From Phoronis australis (lineage: Eukaryota; Animalia; Phoronida), in assembly GCA_002633005.1 (NCBI GenBank), contig NMRA01000049.1, positions 1,098,011 through 1,162,010 on the forward strand: a DNA stretch of 64,000 nt, written 5' to 3'. Position 1 is the stretch's first letter. Each line of letters opens with the position of its first letter. A program made the position numbers and the translations under genes. This document shows positions 52,367 to 64,000 of the stretch, piece by piece. The notes beneath the pieces were generated by a model. That model was not told the origin of the DNA and ran no database searches. It saw only the letters and a program-made list of their open reading frames with translations.

Positions 52367-52498
52367 CCGGGCCCGTCCTGTGAAGAATATCTCGGACCTT
52401 TCGTGATCTTGACTCTAGAGGATCAGGAACTGTGTCGTCAGAGGAAAGCTCGTGAGGTGGCGCTGGTGGTGACTCGGCAGGAATCGTCACGGTGATAT
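52367..52498 (-). CDS. Secreted Cys-module precursor, exon 3 (Pro/acidic propeptide ending RSRKVR-DILHRTGP)
   Basis: Acceptor gtttcag|, donor G|GTAAGA, phase 1-1, 132 nt open; R-x-x-R furin-type site. Confidence 0.78.
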
Positions 52499-52696
52499 CT
52501 GAAACGTTTTTTTTTTTAAATTTTCAATGCTGCTCTCGCAAATGTATTTAAGCCAAAAGTGTTTAATTAACTTAATGAACTTTTCATGAAGTGTAGATGA
52601 CGACGCATTTTCGTACGTTCGTTTGGCGCAATCACATGAGTTCTACAAAAATGCTATCTGAAAATAAATCAAAACATCTTCAAGTTGTCCACTTAC

Positions 52697-52754
52697 TTGG
52701 TATCAAGTCATCCCGTTTCAACTTTTCAATCACAAACTCATCATCTTCATCAAT
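52697..52754 (-). CDS. Secreted Cys-module precursor, exon 2 (IDEDDEFVIEKLKRDDLIP)
   Basis: Acceptor gtctttcag|, donor A|GTAAGT, phase 0-1. Confidence 0.8.
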
Positions 52755-53299
52755 CTGAAAGACGAAGAATTACATTAACGTAATCCATTCAGTAAGACTA
52801 CAAAATATTTCCAACGACATCACGTTTTCTGATCATTTGATAAATATGTTAATTGTTTATAAATATTGATAGTTGCGAAAATGAAGAGTTGTTTTTGTCG
52901 AAAACGTGACTTGATAGAATTGATTTTATCAAGCATCAAAATTTTTACAATTCTCAATTAGATTTTGTCATTGCAGGTAACTTTTTTAAAACGGTAACAA
53001 ACCCGCCTTCCAGCACAAGTAACATTTTTTTATTTAGATCGCTGACCGTGGTGAAATGTTTTTCAAATTGTTCTTTGATAAAATTTTAGATGATTTTAGG
53101 ACTTCAAAAGAGCTGATAGTTTATCGCTTGAGATAAAGCCCTACAGGTTGGACATGTCACGGAATGTCTTTTGATGCGAGAGAATGATCTAAACAAATTG
53201 AGACCGATTTTGTAATGAAACGTGGTACGCATCATGAGCTCGCTTCTTGGACAGAATGCAGGTTTGATAACCGCTTCAATTCTAAAATTTCAATCCTAC

Positions 53300-53359
53300 C
53301 GCAGGAAGACCGTATGCCTCGATGACGAATGCAGTTAGAAGTACTGCTATCACCTTCAT
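53300..53359 (-). CDS. Secreted Cys-module precursor, exon 1 (signal peptide MKVIAVLLTAFVIEAYGLPA)
   Basis: agtATG, K plus hydrophobic core plus A-Y-G cleavage motif, donor GCG|GTAGGA phase 0. Confidence 0.8.
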
Positions 53360-54139
53360 ACTGTATGTCGAGCTATTTGGAGAATGGAAACAACGGGAGA
53401 CGTATGCAGCTTTTATTTGTAATTCAAAGAGGAAGATGTTTCTTATCGAAAAAAGCAGCGCTAAAATAACGGAAACCTGTTGTGAGTGATTCTGGAACGT
53501 GTTTATAAAACGGAGTGTTTCTAATGTTTTGTCCTTTCCGTTCCACTAAACTACTTTTTAATTTCCCTGTTCCTTGTCCCCGTACAGTTCACAAGTTTAG
53601 AGCAACATCAGTCACATGCACAGATTGAATATTTTTCTAACCATGTCACGAGACCATAGTAAAATTTATCAGAAAAGGAAGGTACGGCGAAAGCAAAACA
53701 GTGGTATCAATAACACGACCAAACTTTGTTTAATATGTATGTTCAAGATGAAATCTCAAAAGGCTGCTACAGTTTTTTAAATTGTCATTTCGTATTCGTT
53801 TTATAAGACTTTTGATTTTTTTTTCACGAAAATAGTCAAAGTCCAATTTTTGACAACCCCTCACACAAAAGAAGGACATTACAGAAACAAAAACATTTGC
53901 AGAACAGCGTATTGAGCATAGCATCTGAAAGTTTCGTATGAATCTGGTCCTTTGAAGATGTTCGGATGGTAGCCAACTTTGGAAATTTATCAAGAGATTG
54001 GGATTGATACGGTTCCGCTTCCTTATTAATGAATAAAGGTTTAGCCATGCCAACGTTAGCACATACAAATAGATTAAAAAAGCTAGGTCAATAAGTAAGA
54101 AGTAACGAGTATAGAAACTGCATTTTGCAATCTTTCGGA

Positions 54140-54460
54140 AATAGGCACAGTCGTGCAGAGCATGAGAGCAAATTGGCATCGTGGTGCGGAGCATGCGAGT
54201 AAATGGGCCTAATTGTGCGGAGCATAAGAGCAAATACACGGGCGGATCCATGGTTTTTATTTAGGGGGGGGGCAGGGCAGAGTATTAGCCAGGATTTTGC
54301 TCGTCAGACGGCGCACCCCCGAACTGCCAAATGGAATCTGGGAGAGTTTTAGGGGGCAATGGACCCCTTGGCCCCCTCTAAATCCGCCACTGAAATAGGC
54401 CTCGTCGTGCGGAGCATGAGAGCAAATAGACCAAGTTGTGCGGAGCATAAGAGCAAATTC
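54140..54460. repeat. ~30-bp degenerate tandem repeat interrupted by a hAT-type MITE (54237-54392)
   Basis: gtgcggagcat(g/a)agagcaaat units on both sides; MITE TSD aaata at 54232-54236 and 54393-54397. Confidence 0.85.
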
Positions 54461-55999
54461 CAGACTTAAGTCACTCGTCATGCAACAGAACCCTGGTATT
54501 AACGGAATCTCAAAGTAGGTCACGAAAACACCCGAGATGCTCCATGAGCGTTATCGTGTACATTTAGTACAAACAAAAATACAAGTTTGTGCAACGGATT
54601 TACCGCCAAATCCAATCCTTGTCATTCTAACAGAATTTTAAGGCACTAAAGTAATTTTCTCGAGGTTAAAACCACTCAGACATATACATGGAGTTTAAAT
54701 ATCTTACCGTCACTGATTTCCTGCACCACTCTGACTTCAGTGCACGCCGTATTTGAACGATCAATCGGCTAAATTTTTATCTTTTTACTGACAATAAACG
54801 ACTTGACTATGTTTGATTGGCCCATATTTTGAACACAAATTGTGCCTAAGAAGTCTCGCACATATTCTCAAACCCATGCACAAAGTGGACCTTGTACAAC
54901 TGTATGTACACAGTATTACCTGTGCCAGATCAAGTAGGTCTTGTACCGAGACTGATGACATATGTTATGAGATTACTTTATTTTGGTTGGTTCATTCTCT
55001 CAGGATATCTTAATGATTGGCGAGCGGTGGCCATTACAAATAGTATGGTTAGGACAATTTGTCTTCAGACAAGGAAGTTCATGACAACAGCAAACTGTAT
55101 GCAGAAATTAGGGGCATTGGTAAATATGTAATTCAAGCCACCTCACGTGCTATTACAATTTGGGGCGATTGCTACTTTGATGAACATTCGTCGAGTTTAA
55201 GTTATCAACGAGCAGCAGTACATGTAATTTAGCAACATTATTTTCCAATCATACAAGTATCAACAAGATTTTATAGAGCATAATATATAAATTCCACGAG
55301 CACGATTTGCACTTGTGAAAAAAAAACCAGTACAGTTCATTTGCTAGCCAATACATGTATGCAGCAGAATTTGTCTGTGTTTTATTAAATACAATACTTG
55401 GCTACGTTCGCAAGACTCTAGCTCCAAAACTTTCGAATTTTCTTGTTAGTGTTGAGTTATTTCCATCATGCAGTCGTGTGTGATGCAAACTTTAATGCAA
55501 ACAGAGAGACAAAACACACTGTTTTGACGTCGAATCTGGTTTTACTACGTCGAAATTAATTTTTTATGACGGATTCAACGGTGAGAGTAAAATAAGGGGA
55601 GATTTAGTAAGACCTCAACCGTTTTATTACTTTCATTAGACATAGCATCCGATTTATGTCACTTGTTACACTAAATATGATCTCAACTGGTCCCTTGTTC
55701 AGATAAAAAGTTGTTTCTTATTAAGAACTGACATTTGGTTAATACTCGAGGCCATAGTCGGCGCATAAAATTCTTTAGCATACCATAAAATGCTTAGTAA
55801 AAAATAAACAGCCAGTTCTTTCTAAACCCAGATATCACTCGTAATTTCGTCCATATCGGAAATTAAGTGGTCTAAATTCAAAGTTAGTGCGGCAAATGAG
55901 GGCGGTCGGGTTGAATTGTACATGTCGAAAGGGGGTACTCAAAGAACTCTCGCAATCATAAGCAAAGATTTCAGTGGGTTTTTTTTGTCAGTGAGTTCA

Positions 56000-57130
56000 C
56001 GTTTACCGCGTGAACCGTTATATGTACCTCTGAAATGAGCAAAAATACACCTTAATACGAATGCCTCGTCTCCCATATTCCCTCGGTTGCCTGTCACTGT
56101 TTGCAAGCATATATAAATTGCTTATAACATTCCGTTTTGATAAACAAATTCGTTGGTTTCTGATTTACTTGTTTATGTATCTACGAAAATCGACAGATTC
56201 ATAGATGATTTTTGACAATTTGAAACTAATCTTGTAAGAATTGATGATGTTTCAGTGAATGTATAATTACAGCCTGAAGTTAGAAAAACTCTATAATCCG
56301 ATCCCCAAATAGTAAAGTACACTTTTAGACGATTTTTGCATGTCTAAAACAACTCTGAAAGACCTTGATGAAATTCGGTTTCACAAACCGTAGATAGAAA
56401 AAACGTTTTAAAAATCCTCAAGTTAATAAAATTACTGACTCCTTGCTTGGAAAGGTTGTCTTTGCACTTCCTCCAGTTGGTTATTTAGTTTCCAGTAGTA
56501 TTGAGCAATGAATTTTTGTTATTCAATACTGAATTGATTGCTTGTCCTGATTCGTGTGGACGTCATGACTGACGTACCCACGTTAAGAATAAGATGGAAA
56601 CCTGCGCGCAGAATTTCAGTGATCCACGGGAACTGAACTTGAACTCCAGGCGTTCAGGAAGTGTGTACATTTTTGGGGCACACTATCCTTATCCCCAACC
56701 ACCAGAAACTGGACTATACCGGTCGTTTTTTAACTAGGCATTTTGAAACAGCAAGTACTATACCAGGGGCTTCGTGACTTCACCTTTAAAAAAATTCCCT
56801 TCAAAGAATGGCCATAATAAAATAAAGTTTTCCCGAAACTATAGATCACACTGACGAATCTTGACCTTCTAGAACGAGCGCAGACGACTGGTACGAGATG
56901 CACCTGTCTCGTGTGAATCGCAACTCAGTGAGCTGCCACTGAGCAACTAGCTTTAGTTCATCGGGAATGTCGTTCACACGTACTCTAACCGTTAGAGGCT
57001 CTCTGCAGTTTATTGAGTTATAGCTATTTGGAGTGACTGCTCCTCGCTACCGGTCAGATTGGTCCTACCCAATTCTGACTCTCCGTGTTGGTTCACGGTT
57101 ACTCAACTCCGATCGCTTCACTTCCCGCAG
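56000..57130 (-). mobile_element. Composite repeat copy 3 (partial)
   Basis: Colinear with parts of 32870-34375, including aagtgtgtacatttttggggcacac and ttcacggttactcaa. Confidence 0.7.
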
Positions 57131-57278
57131 GATTGTCCCAGGGACGGATTCAGCATTTTGAGTTGGGGGGGACGACCCGGGGGGGGGGGGCAGGAGTGAG
57201 TCGCGCCAAGCGGTTTACACGGGCAGTCAGAATTCGCACCCCCGAACTGCCACTTGAAATGGGAGTCTGGGAGAATTT

Positions 57279-57386
57279 NNNNNNNNNNNNNNNNNNNNNN
57301 NNNNNNNNNNNNNNNNNNNNNNNNNNNNNNNNNNNNNNNNNNNNNNNNNNNNNNNNNNNNNNNNNNNNNNNNNNNNNNNNNNNNNN
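57279..57386. other. Assembly gap (108 N) inside a G-run-rich MITE starting ~57139
   Basis: Run of N. Confidence 0.99.
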
Positions 57387-57896
57387 GGTAGTGGCGATCG
57401 GAGGGGGGGGGGGTGGCGAAGTCAAAATGGTTTGTGCCCAACAATAATTTTTGCCTTCCTACGGGCCTCCTTGGCAGTTAACAAAGAAGCTAGATGTTAT
57501 CACACGCTCACAACCCTCCGGACTCTAGTACGTCTGGTAACTCAGAACGGGCACCGTACGTGTCATGCACCGAAAGCAGCGCGTGCCCCTATGCCAGCAG
57601 CGGCAGCTGGGCCTCGACCAAGCCGCCCAAGGCAGGTGCGAGAACGGGCCGAGCCTCCGGAGGCTGCGAACCACACAGAGCCCTGTTCCGAGTCCCCTCA
57701 GGTGCCGGTCGCCCGATTTCACATTTTCATCGTTTTGCTATTACCATTGCACAACAGACTGACCTTTGTTGATGTTTTGAAGGGCAGCACCGGTTGTGGC
57801 AATCCGTGAATAACCTGGTAACTAACTACATTATATGGCAACTTGGTTCTGCTCATTTTTATAATCTGATATAAAATCACATTTTCGATTGACGCG

Positions 57897-58097
57897 ATGC
57901 AGTCTCTAATTCGAGCGGTTTCAGGTAACCGTTTTCTGTCCGTCAGAATGTCGGCATCAGCTGGGCACTTTTCGTTTCTACAAACGACTGCGTCCCTTCA
58001 GAATCCGGAGCAAAAGCCGTTTGTTCCTGTTAAACACAAGATTTACCACGAGAGGCACAGAGGAATTGATGTTCTGAGGAATCCTCAAATTAACAAG
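57897..58097 (+). CDS. ME3: Malic enzyme (ME1/ME3-type, mitochondrial transit peptide), coding exon 1
   Basis: MQSLIRAVSGNRFLSVRMSAS (Arg/Ser-rich, no acidic residues) ...RGIDVLRNPQINK, donor AAG|GTTCGT phase 0; the ME3 label is by resemblance only. Confidence 0.9.
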
Positions 58098-58305
58098 GTT
58101 CGTATGACACGTCAAATAAATCTACCCATGTATTCTCAGGATACGGCACTTTATTGGAACATTTCAAATAAAATACAACCACTAATCAATGCTCAATATT
58201 TTTTTTGTCAGATAGATGTTAAGTTTGATATTATAATTCTTTAAATAGTTTGGACTAAGCGCCCATCCACAGAGCTTCAAAAGCAATCCGTTAACACAAA
58301 CTCAC

Positions 58306-59861
58306 TGAGGGCACTGCATGGTCAGATATAGTGGTCCCTGATTTTGAGAAGCAGGCAAACATGATTGAATAATGGCCCGTTATTCAGTGAATGCAGGGCT
58401 CGACGCTATGAAAATCGCCAGGTCGCATTTTGCGACCAAGCCAAAATCCTAGGTCGCATTTTCAAAATCCAGCTCGCATTCATAAATTCCAGGTCGCGAA
58501 AATTTCCCGCCATTTTTACGGACCAAAATTGGCTTTAACGTCATCAGAAAATGCCTAGATTATGCTCTTGCGACGTTAAATACTCACAAATTTCATGTCG
58601 CAAAACTGAGTTCTTAGAAGCATATCATGCATGCACCGCGTAATCATTCTTCACTGGCGCTTTCCAGTGAAAGACCTTGGAGCGCAAGGGAGTTGCCGAC
58701 GTGAAAGTTAAATCAGTGCTCTCTAACCGACACATGCATTCGATTAGCTAAGTGTGCAACGTGAAAACGAAGAAAATACTCGTTGAAAAAGTATCCGCGA
58801 CTTTTCTAGGACTGACTTGCTATATGACTGCCATCAAAGTCGTTAAAGATCCAAAGATTGATAACTCTGAGTGCGAATTCCTTCCATTTGTTCGCAGGCC
58901 AAACTTTTCGACTTGACGTTTGAAAAAACATCCTGTCGGGAGAAATTCGTGAAACGTTGCCCTACTCGCTGTATGACATATTGATACGTGGAAACAATTC
59001 ACTGCAAATTTCACAACAAAAAATGTGGGACTTATGTTGTTTACCGGTACGTAGTCAATTAGTTTTCCATGAAATAAAAAGCCTTGAAATGATTTCCGAC
59101 GGTGCGGGTTTCTACTATTCTGCCGAAAGCGCGTAAAGGCATGCCCATCGTTTGGCGATTAATTCGGATGTCATTTTCACATTTGCTGTCTTTCGCAATA
59201 AAAAAATGAGACGCATTTTTCCAAAACACGACGATCGTCTGCCGGGACCGCTTTCCGGCGCTAACAGTGGAACCGATCAGTGCCGCAGTGCCATCAGGCA
59301 TATTGCCGTGGGTGTTGCCGTAATTTGATATTAAGGACACCATACATGAAAAATAAATGTTTTTCCACCACTAAGCTTGGTAATTTCGTCGTTTAAGAAT
59401 TAGTAGAAACACCGTATTATCACGTGTTATTCCGAGGTCAGAAACTTTCTTCAACACATCCGTAAATTTGCAAAAGGCCGAAAGTATTGGTCAATAAAAT
59501 GCGTCAGACCAATTCTGCATTCCCTTGTTCATGCGACTGCGTCATGTTTACAAGTCATCGGGAGCGCTTTTCTCAATGAATGTTCCTTTGAACTTGATTT
59601 GGCAACAACCAATTAGCGGTCGGAATCACCCGAGTTGCTCAACATTTCCCAGGTACTGTATCTGCCGCGAAGTTTAAAAACTCAGCTCGCATACGTTGGA
59701 AATTCCAGGTCGCATTTTGCGACTTAATGCGAACTGGCCAAAATCTCAGCTCGCATTTCCAAATTTCAGGTCGCAAATGCGACCTGCAGCTCGTTATGTC
59801 GAGCCCTGGAATGGAAATGTTTTTCAAAATCAGAGACCACTATATCTGACCAGTGCCCTCA
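58306..59861. mobile_element. Short MITE split by a nested insertion
   Basis: Arms gagggcactg(cat)ggtcagatatagtggtc.ctgattttga / tcaaaatcagagaccactatatctgaccagtgccctc. Confidence 0.8.
58394..59808. mobile_element. 1.4-kb hAT-type non-autonomous element with 5-bp TSD
   Basis: Perfect TIR CAGGGCTCGAC / GTCGAGCCCTG; TSD gaatg at 58389-58393 and 59809-59813; subterminal ggtcgcatt repeats at both ends. Confidence 0.9.
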
Positions 59862-61787
59862 CCGAATGCTCGAGGACCAGTTTATCAAATGACTTTAGAA
59901 ATGACATCAACTTTTGATGATGGTAGTCATTTTGCAAGTGGATTTTCTTGAAACTATAATACATTCACTGACATATGTAGCAACTGTGCTTACAATGAAA
60001 GATCATTTGTATCAAAGTACAAAAATAATAATATTATCTTTGTTTGGGAGGTATTTTGACAGGTGGTTGTTTGACCAGTGTTGACACGTGGCAGGCCAAA
60101 ACTGAAGTGATCCATCTTAATTTAATCATTGTCTTCTTAGATGCTGAAGTTGAAATGAAATCTGTTATTTGAGCATTGGATTAGACACCCACTATGAATT
60201 GTCTTAATCCCAAAGTAACTTAACATTTTTTAGACTGAAATATTTCATAACTACAATTTCTTGATGACTTTTCAATTTTCTTAATGATTACTATTTTTGT
60301 GGTTACAAAACACGCAGTTTTCATGAAGTTATGCTTTAAAATAATGAAAGTTATCATGTGCATCACAAATCAGAACTACCTATTGAGCACATTTGGGATC
60401 ATTTTCAAACGAGGCTTACATAACGGTAACACTACTCTTGTCCAAGTTGTCAATTTTATTTCAAAGTTATCGGAGAATTTTGTTAGTGTTCGATAAACTG
60501 GCCTTGTTTGATGAACTGATCCTCTTCCTTTACATTGCATTAGCGTAAGAGTACATAGGACCGATAACTTTTCACATTATTTATGCATTTCCTTGTAAAT
60601 TCCATAGCATTTTTGCTAAAGTTTATCCAATATAAAAAACATTTCCTTGGCTTTTGAAGGGTGTCACCTAAGCGAGAATCTATGAACAAAAGGCTACAAT
60701 TTTACAAACAGTAGCCTATGAAAGTGTGTATATACCCACAATTAACACTCCGCAACTCACCGTTTCCAAAATCACATCTCTGTAAATCTTTGTCATTTAT
60801 TAACAGGTAGTAATTTAATTGAATGAAAATATTTAAGAATTTTCAATACATTATGCAGTTTTACTTCGAGTGTGTGAATTTTCAAAAATAGAAACTTCCC
60901 AGACATCTTCTTCCACTGCTATTTTAATTTGTCACTGTCAGTGTTAAAAAGCAAGATTTTGTGCACTAAGGGAACAGTAAACAAGATAGACAGTGACCAC
61001 CGCCTCTAGCTGGCAGTAGAGAAAGTAAAACTACTGTAGGCATTTTATATGCTGGAAGCTTATCAACGAATTATGCCTCACACTGATTAAAACATCAAAG
61101 TAGCATTGTTATAAATACCGTTTGCGCACAGAAGGACACCTTAGGAGGCCATCCATGTCTTTAATTCCTTCCAACTTGAACAAATACTCCCATTATTAAA
61201 CTTTTTCTTCAAGCAGTCTTTCATTCAGTTGCCCAAATCTGCAACTGGTCATTTTTACACTGCGCACGCCAGGGGACATGGCGTCATATCCCAAGGACAT
61301 GGCGTCATATCACCTAGCGGGCGTGGTAAAAATAGGAGCACAAAATGGCGCAAAAGATACTTATATCAACGTGACTTTGATGTTTTAATCGTTGTGAGGC
61401 ATAATTTACCGAAAAGCTTCGGGCGTATGATGTGCCCATAGGAGCTTCACCATCTCTGTCACCTAGAGACGGGACCATGGTTACAAGATGCCCCCTGTGT
61501 AGTGCAGTAAGACTGTCAACCGTATGTTAATGGCTAGTACTGCATGTGATGGGTTGACAAACCTCCTGGGTAACTTGTAAACTGAAAGTTATTTCTGGGG
61601 GACTTAAATTAGATTTGAGTTATCGGTACTGAAAATTTTAAAACCTAACAAAATTCAAATATATCTGGCCATAAACTTTGGCCTATTTTGATGTTCTTTG
61701 ATCCTTTACAATGAAGTGTATTTACTGTTACTTGGTCATTGCTAAAAATTCCACTGCCTGCAGCTATCCTCTCTCACCATCATAGTT

Positions 61788-62287
61788 TGACAATTGTCTT
61801 ACATAACCTGCATATATATGACAATTGTCTTACATAACCTGCATATATATGACAATTGTCTTACACAACCTGCATATATATGACAATTGTCTTACACAAC
61901 CTGCATATAAATGACAATTGTCTTACATAACCTGCATATATATGACAATTGTCTTACATAACCTGCATATATATGACAATTGTCTCACACAACCTGCATA
62001 TATATGACAATTGTCTTACACAACCTGCATATAAATGACAATTGTCTTACATAACTTGCATATATATGACAATTGTCTTACATAACCTGCATATATATGA
62101 CAATTGTCTTACATAACCTGCATATATATGACAATTGTCTTACATAACCTGCATATATATGACAATTGTCTTACATAACCTGCATATATATGACAATTGT
62201 CTTACATAACCTGCATATATATGACAATTGTCTTACACAACCTGCATATAAATGACAATTGTCTTACATAACCTGCATATATATGAC
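61788..62287. repeat. 31-bp minisatellite (~16 units) in malic enzyme intron 1
   Basis: tgacaattgtcttaca(t/c)aacctgcatata(t/a)a tandem array. Confidence 0.95.
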
Positions 62288-62794
62288 TGAAGATCAAATG
62301 GCAAGTCATCAAGTGTGTTTGTCATCTATCCAGATACTTTATTCTTGACATTTTGTCTTATGATTTAAAAATGATAAAGTAAATCAGTTAGCGCATTCCC
62401 AAAGGGGAGTCACTGCCCCCATCCCCCTTTTCTTTGTGGTTCTTGGTGATTGTATTGCTTACTCTGTTCCATGCTGGGTGATTGTAGGGTGATTCTGTCT
62501 TACTTAATGAGACCTTAAATCTAGCTTATCAACATATCAACTGATATTGGCTGAACACTGTGAGAATAACTGTCTGAGGTAAAAAGTTCATGTTGTTAAG
62601 AGATGATGTAAAGTTTGGGAACTCAATGCAATGTATTTAGTGGCACGAGACCACTTCCAAATGATATTACTGGCTTCTGACAAGACTCTTTGCCATAGTT
62701 TTCAGTAACGATATTTCGGTATAAAAGTTATTCCGGTTTATTTAGTATCCACGACAAACATGTACCCTTATTATGAACATGAAGTTTGAGAAGG

Positions 62795-63030
62795 TAGTGT
62801 GGCCAAATGGAATAGGTGTCTGCTTCCTTAAGTTTACTCAAGGTCATGGGTTCAAGTCCTACTGGGGCACCCTTGAGTCAGGTCTCTAACTCGCCAGCTC
62901 GTTTTTATCTATATATTGATAAAGCATAAAAATGGTTCCAGGTGATTAGTGCAATAGACCCACCCGAGCGGCCTGCACACGTCTGGTACAATGTGTACTA
63001 AACCTCGTGCAATTATTTTTTTAAAAAAAG
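62795..63030 (+). mobile_element. tRNA-derived SINE
   Basis: A box TGGCCAAATGG and B box GGTTCAAGTCC, then a gcacccttgag core and a T/A-rich tail; no clean cloverleaf. Confidence 0.65.
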
Positions 63031-63139
63031 AACATGAAGTTTGAGTTGCCAAAACGATGATTTGTTAAGAATGGAAAATGTCAGTAAAAAATTACTGAAA
63101 CAGGCTTTTGTGTTCCTTATTTCTTTTGTTATTCATTAA

Positions 63140-63680
63140 GGTTATTTAGGTCTTTAGCAAAACATGGTCAAAACTATATAGATTTTAACTTAGTAAAAGC
63201 ATTTTGTGATTTAGTGGAAAGCCTTTAGGATTTACTTGTTTTTGTGTTTTTGCCTATAGAAGTGTGATTAATTCAGTCACTTGATCATGTCTTTTTAGAA
63301 AAATTTAGCAAACAAGATGGTACATGGATTGCAAAACAACAGTACCAATAAGATGGTACATGGATTGCAAAACAACAGTACCAATAAGATGGTCAAATTT
63401 TATTTTATACGAATGTTCAAGGTGAGATCTCAAAAACGCTGTTACAGTTTTCTAAAATATCATCTTGTTCTCGTTTTCTGCGACTTTAATTTTTTCAGGA
63501 AAATCATAAGAGTCCTCGTGCAAAGTGGAATAGTTTAAAAACAATTTCTAACAGAGTTTTGGAGAATAGTGCAGAAAGCATATAGTGTCTGAAAGTCTCA
63601 TTTGAACCCAATCAGCTGTTTCTGCGATAGGTTCCAAAATTAGCCAAATTTGGAATTTCTCTAGAGGGTCCTACATAACC
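63140..63680. mobile_element. TTAA-flanked (Kolobok-type) MITE with internal 36-bp duplication
   Basis: TTAA-ggttatttagg...cctacataacc-TTAA; aagatggtacatggattgcaaaacaacagtaccaat x2 at ~63315-63392. Confidence 0.75.
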
Positions 63681-63762
63681 TTAAATTTGATGTAAAAGCG
63701 ATCAATGTTGTTTTTGGTTTATTATCACGTGCCTGACAAAGCACATACTGTTCCTTCTGTAG

Positions 63763-64000
63763 GGTATGGCCTTCACCCTAAAGGAGAGACAGATCATGGG
63801 AATCCATGGTCTGATTCCACCCACAGTGCTCACGCAAGACCAACAGATGGTGCGAGTGATGAGAAATCTCGAGCGTATTGGCGACGATCTGAATCGATAC
63901 ATATACATGAATCAGCTGTACGACCGCAATGAGAAGTTGTTCTTCCGTGTTCTAATTGACCACGTGGAAAAAATGATGCCTATTGTGTATACTCCCACTG
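63763..64000 (+). CDS. ME3: Malic enzyme coding exon 2 (runs off the window)
   Basis: Acceptor ttccttctgtag|; GMAFTLKERQIMGIHGLIPP...DRNEKLFFRVL..VEKMMPIVYTPT is the malic enzyme N-terminal signature including the catalytic Tyr motif PIVYTPT. Confidence 0.97.

Noticed and set aside
53730-54251. 173-aa minus-strand ORF
   Set aside because: Starts inside a MITE and runs through a tandem repeat.
57432-57809. GC-rich ORFs upstream of malic enzyme
   Set aside because: Open in several frames because of GC content; better explained as a promoter region.
61788-62287. 31-bp array as CRISPR
   Set aside because: Contiguous units, no spacers, no cas genes.

Overview
AT-rich, intron-containing animal genomic DNA, most likely a marine invertebrate (inferred from spliceosomal introns and the MITE/Kolobok/Penelope/RTE-X repeat content). 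It is a draft assembly with single-N joins and one 108-N gap. Most ORFs in the supplied track are spurious; the real genes had to be assembled exon by exon from splice sites. Genes found: (1) the first coding exon of a minus-strand gene running off the left edge; (2) an intronless ~800-aa acidic repeat protein broken by one frameshift (17.1-19.5 kb); (3) a three-coding-exon Ly6/uPAR three-finger protein gene (+, 27975-39160); (4) an eight-exon minus-strand gene (53359-45514) for a 262-aa secreted precursor, with signal peptide, acidic propeptide, RKVR furin site and three tandem copies of a cysteine module C-xn-C-xn-C-x8-CC-x-[TS]-R-x-x-Y-C. That module resembles but does not match PLAC/ShK and is the best novelty candidate; (5) the first two exons of a mitochondrial malic enzyme (+, from 57897). 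The rest is nested DNA-transposon debris: 5-bp-TSD hAT-type MITEs, TTAA Kolobok-type elements with THAP relics (one as a head-to-tail dimer), Harbinger, mariner-derived and LINE/SINE relics, and minisatellites.
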